From Planctomycetota bacterium (GTDB lineage: Bacteria > Planctomycetota > Planctomycetia > Pirellulales > JADFKK01), in assembly GCA_022564995.1 (NCBI GenBank), contig JADFKK010000001.1, positions 30,786 to 94,785 on the forward strand: 64,000 bases of DNA, read 5' to 3'. Shown here one piece after another: positions 61,385 through 64,000 of this stretch; the first letter of the stretch is position 1, and every line of letters begins with the position of its first letter. The position numbers were made by a program, and so were the translations under genes. The notes under the pieces are model-generated. The model ran no database searches. It was not told the origin of the DNA and saw nothing but the letters and a program-made list of their open reading frames with translations.

Positions 61385-62851
61385 ATGACGCCTTGCCGAA
61401 CTCTCACGCTGCTTTGTTTAATCGCCGCGCTGCAATGCCCGACGGCTGCCGCCGCCACGGGCGATTGGCCGCAATTTCGTGGGCCGAGGGCTTCGGGAAT
61501 CGGCGAAGGGCGCGCGACGCCGGCGATGTGGAACACCGAGACGGGCAAGAACATCCGCTGGAAAACGCCGATTCCGGGGCTCGGTCATGCCTGCCCGGTT
61601 GTTAGCGGAGAGCGCGTTTTCATCGTCACCGCCACGAGCAACAACGATGACCCAGAACTGCGGCCCGGGCTTTACGGTGACATCAAGTCGGTCGAGGGCG
61701 AAACCGAACACGCCTGGCAGGTTTATTGCCTGTCGAGAAACACAGGCGAGGTTCTCTGGCGGCGGACGATCCATCGGGGGCAGCCCACAATCAAACGCCA
61801 CACCAAGGCGTCGCACGCCAACTCGACGCCGGCCACCGACGGGTCGCACCTAGTCGTTTTCCTTGGCTCCGAGGGTCTGTACTGTTACGACCTGTGTGGC
61901 AATCTGTTGTGGAAGCGCGACCTGGGCCGGCTCGACTCGGGCTATTACCGCGCGCCGGCGGCGCAGTGGGGCTTCGGTTCCTCGCCGATCATCTACGGCG
62001 ACCGTGTGTTTGTGCAGTGCGACGTGCAGAAAAACTCGTTCATCGCCGCCTTCGATATTCATAGCGGCCGGCTGATCTGGCGGACCGCACGCGACGATGT
62101 GCCGAGTTGGGGCACGCCGACGATTCACGAAGGGCCGGCTGGTGCGCAGTTGATCGTCAACGGCTATCGGCACGCCGGCGGGTATGATCCGCAGACGGGC
62201 CAGGAGATTTGGCGGCTCGGCCGCGGCGGCGACATCCCGGTGCCGACGCCGATTGTGGCCCACGATTTGATTTTCCTCAGCAGCGCCCACGGTTCAAACC
62301 GGCCGCTCTGCGCCGTGCGACTCGATGCGACCGGTGACATCACGCCGCCGGGCAACGCGACCTCGAGCGAGCATCTTGCCTGGCACAAGCGACGCGACGG
62401 GATTTACATGCAGACGCCGCTGGCCCTTGGCGATCATCTGTATGCCTGCCGCGGCAACGGCGTGCTGTCGTGTTACGTGGCCAAGACGGGAAAACTGCTC
62501 TATCGCGAGCGGCTGGGCGGCAGCAGCTTCACCGCATCGCCCGTCGCCTCCGGCGGCAAGCTGTACTTCACCAGCGAACTCGGCCGAGTCTACGTCGTCC
62601 AAGCCGGCCCGACGTACAAGTTGCTGGCGATCAACTCCATGAACGACATCTGCATGGCGACCCCCGCGATCTCCGACGGACTGCTGATCGTGCGCACGAA
62701 GCGCCACGTTTACGCGATTGGCGAGCCGGCGGCCGAGGTTGTAGGGTCGCGGGAACGATTCGCGGGAAGAATCTGTTTCATGCGCCGGCGCTGTGGCGTT
62801 TTTCGACCGCTTGTGAGGAAACTACTCGACGGGCTTCGCGTGCGGCGTTGA
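61385..62851 (+). CDS. PQQ-like / BamB-like beta-propeller protein
   Basis: Start at 'MTPCRTLTLLCLIAALQ' (signal peptide). 'DWPQFRG' and repeated 'G..lW' blades. Confidence 0.75.
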   Translation: MTPCRTLTLLCLIAALQCPTAAAATGDWPQFRGPRASGIGEGRATPAMWNTETGKNIRWKTPIPGLGHACPVVSGERVFIVTATSNNDDPELRPGLYGDIKSVEGETEHAWQVYCLSRNTGEVLWRRTIHRGQPTIKRHTKASHANSTPATDGSHLVVFLGSEGLYCYDLCGNLLWKRDLGRLDSGYYRAPAAQWGFGSSPIIYGDRVFVQCDVQKNSFIAAFDIHSGRLIWRTARDDVPSWGTPTIHEGPAGAQLIVNGYRHAGGYDPQTGQEIWRLGRGGDIPVPTPIVAHDLIFLSSAHGSNRPLCAVRLDATGDITPPGNATSSEHLAWHKRRDGIYMQTPLALGDHLYACRGNGVLSCYVAKTGKLLYRERLGGSSFTASPVASGGKLYFTSELGRVYVVQAGPTYKLLAINSMNDICMATPAISDGLLIVRTKRHVYAIGEPAAEVVGSRERFAGRICFMRRRCGVFRPLVRKLLDGLRVRR

Positions 62852-62945
62852 ACATCGAACCGTCCAAAATCGAACGGCTCGATCGCTAACGGCTGTTCGC
62901 TAACAGCTAACCGCTTTGTCGTCGTCGGAGACGCCTCCTACATGG

Positions 62946-63998
62946 CTAGCGGCGGACTTGATGGAAGACGTACACGCCTTTTTTGTTCGAGGTGATGATG
63001 TCTAGCAGGCCGTCGCCGTTGAGATCGGCCACCTCGAATTGGGTGCCGATGCCGCTGTCGGTGTCGATGAGGTGCCGCTTCCAACTGGGGCGGCCGTCTT
63101 TGCGAGACATCTCGTACCAATACAGCACGGCCGGCTCTTTGCCGCCCGGGTCGTTGCCGCCGTGGGCATACCAGCGTTTGCCGGTCACGAAGTCGGGCAA
63201 TCCGTCGCCGTTGATGTCGGCCAGCCAGAGGGCGTGGGTCTGCGAAAAGCTCTTGTCGATCAGGTGGGTTTTCCACTTGCCGTCCTTCAGTTGCTCGTGC
63301 CACCAGATGCCGTGGGCGTGGGCGCTGCTGCTGAGCACGTCGGCGTCGCCGTCGCCGTCGAAGTCGTAAATCCGCATGTCGGCGGCGGCCTGACCGAGCG
63401 GAGCCGCGTGAAATTTCCATTCCCCTTTGGCGCCCTTGGCCGGCGATTCCCACCAGCCCTGCGGAATGACGACGTCGTTGCGCCCGTCGCCGTTGATATC
63501 GCCGACGCCCAGCCCGTGTGAATAACGGGTCGTATTGGGCGCCGCCTTGACGGAGATCGGCCGGATTTTCCACAAGGCCGCGGCATTTTTCGATCGCGAA
63601 ATGATCGCCATTCGCCGGTTCGGTCCGTCGCTGTTGGCTGGGTCGGGCGAAAAAGCACACACCAGTTCTCGCCGTCCATCGCCGTCGATGTCGATTAGTT
63701 GGGGGCTCTCGGTGTTGGTGACCGTCGTGATCACGTGCGGCTTCCACGAACCACCCGAGGTGCCGGGATTCTCAAACCACAGCGTCCTCTTACCCGGCCA
63801 CTCGACCGCCAGCAAGTCGGGCCATTTATCTCCGTTGATGTCCTCGGCCCAGTTATTAAAGGCGTTGGAGTAACCCTTGGGTTGAAACTCCCGAGGCTTT
63901 TCGAGGATCGAGTGCATCTTCCACGAAGGCGCCTCGTACCACACACTGCCGGCGGCCACATCGAGCTTGCCGTCGCGGTTGAAGTCGGCCACCGCCAC
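62946..63998 (-). CDS. FG-GAP/VCBS repeat protein (ASPIC-like); N-terminus may lie beyond the window
   Basis: Repeated 'DINGDG..D', 'DFDGDGD.D' and 'D.NGDG..D' FG-GAP calcium-binding motifs. The ORF reaches the right edge. Confidence 0.75.
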   Translation of the reverse strand: MAVADFNRDGKLDVAAGSVWYEAPSWKMHSILEKPREFQPKGYSNAFNNWAEDINGDKWPDLLAVEWPGKRTLWFENPGTSGGSWKPHVITTVTNTESPQLIDIDGDGRRELVCAFSPDPANSDGPNRRMAIISRSKNAAALWKIRPISVKAAPNTTRYSHGLGVGDINGDGRNDVVIPQGWWESPAKGAKGEWKFHAAPLGQAAADMRIYDFDGDGDADVLSSSAHAHGIWWHEQLKDGKWKTHLIDKSFSQTHALWLADINGDGLPDFVTGKRWYAHGGNDPGGKEPAVLYWYEMSRKDGRPSWKRHLIDTDSGIGTQFEVADLNGDGLLDIITSNKKGVYVFHQVRR

Positions 63999-64000
63999 GC

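Overview
GC-rich (roughly 60% by eye) bacterial chromosomal segment. The gene content suggests Planctomycetota, which is an inference from a PEP-CTERM protein, a sulfatase, FG-GAP and PQQ-like propellers, an ECF sigma factor, an FHA-GAF-cyclase and an 'RRWYQFSLKTLMIV' type N-terminus. Order, left to right: (1) a 5'-truncated vWA giant protein plus an orphan hcp-vgrG-PAAR module (0-7.3 kb). (2) E1 (7410-11534), a 4.1-kb IS1-family cargo transposon with the 8-bp target duplication CACCTTTG; it carries a small membrane protein, ImmA/XRE, a winged-helix-like protein, two aberrant tRNA-like genes, an RHH protein and the transposase. (3) DUF58-transglutaminase, ychF, hsp20, fxsA and a TPR protein. 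(4) A nitrate assimilation cluster, narK / FeS-membrane protein / nasA / nirBD (23.8-32.7 kb). (5) An RND efflux pair. (6) A 2,111-aa protein made of about 30 tandem 70-aa modules (39.9-46.2 kb). (7) sppA, DUF3467, an FHA-GAF-adenylate cyclase, a PEP-CTERM protein and an ECF sigma factor. (8) E2 (54345-57874), a second, non-identical IS1-family cargo transposon flanked by the 8-mer AGCATGCT; it has the same layout as E1 but carries a dCTP-deaminase-like/coiled-coil/TM cargo gene and a class-II tRNA-like gene. (9) A WD40/YWTD propeller, a sulfatase, and PQQ-like and FG-GAP proteins. Intergenic space is crowded with heptamer-phased repeats, palindromic MITE-like elements and a dispersed G-tract element. 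The highest-priority items are the two parallel cargo transposons with non-canonical tRNA-like genes and the giant single-module repeat protein. All calls come from reading the sequence and the ORF track; no database search was run.
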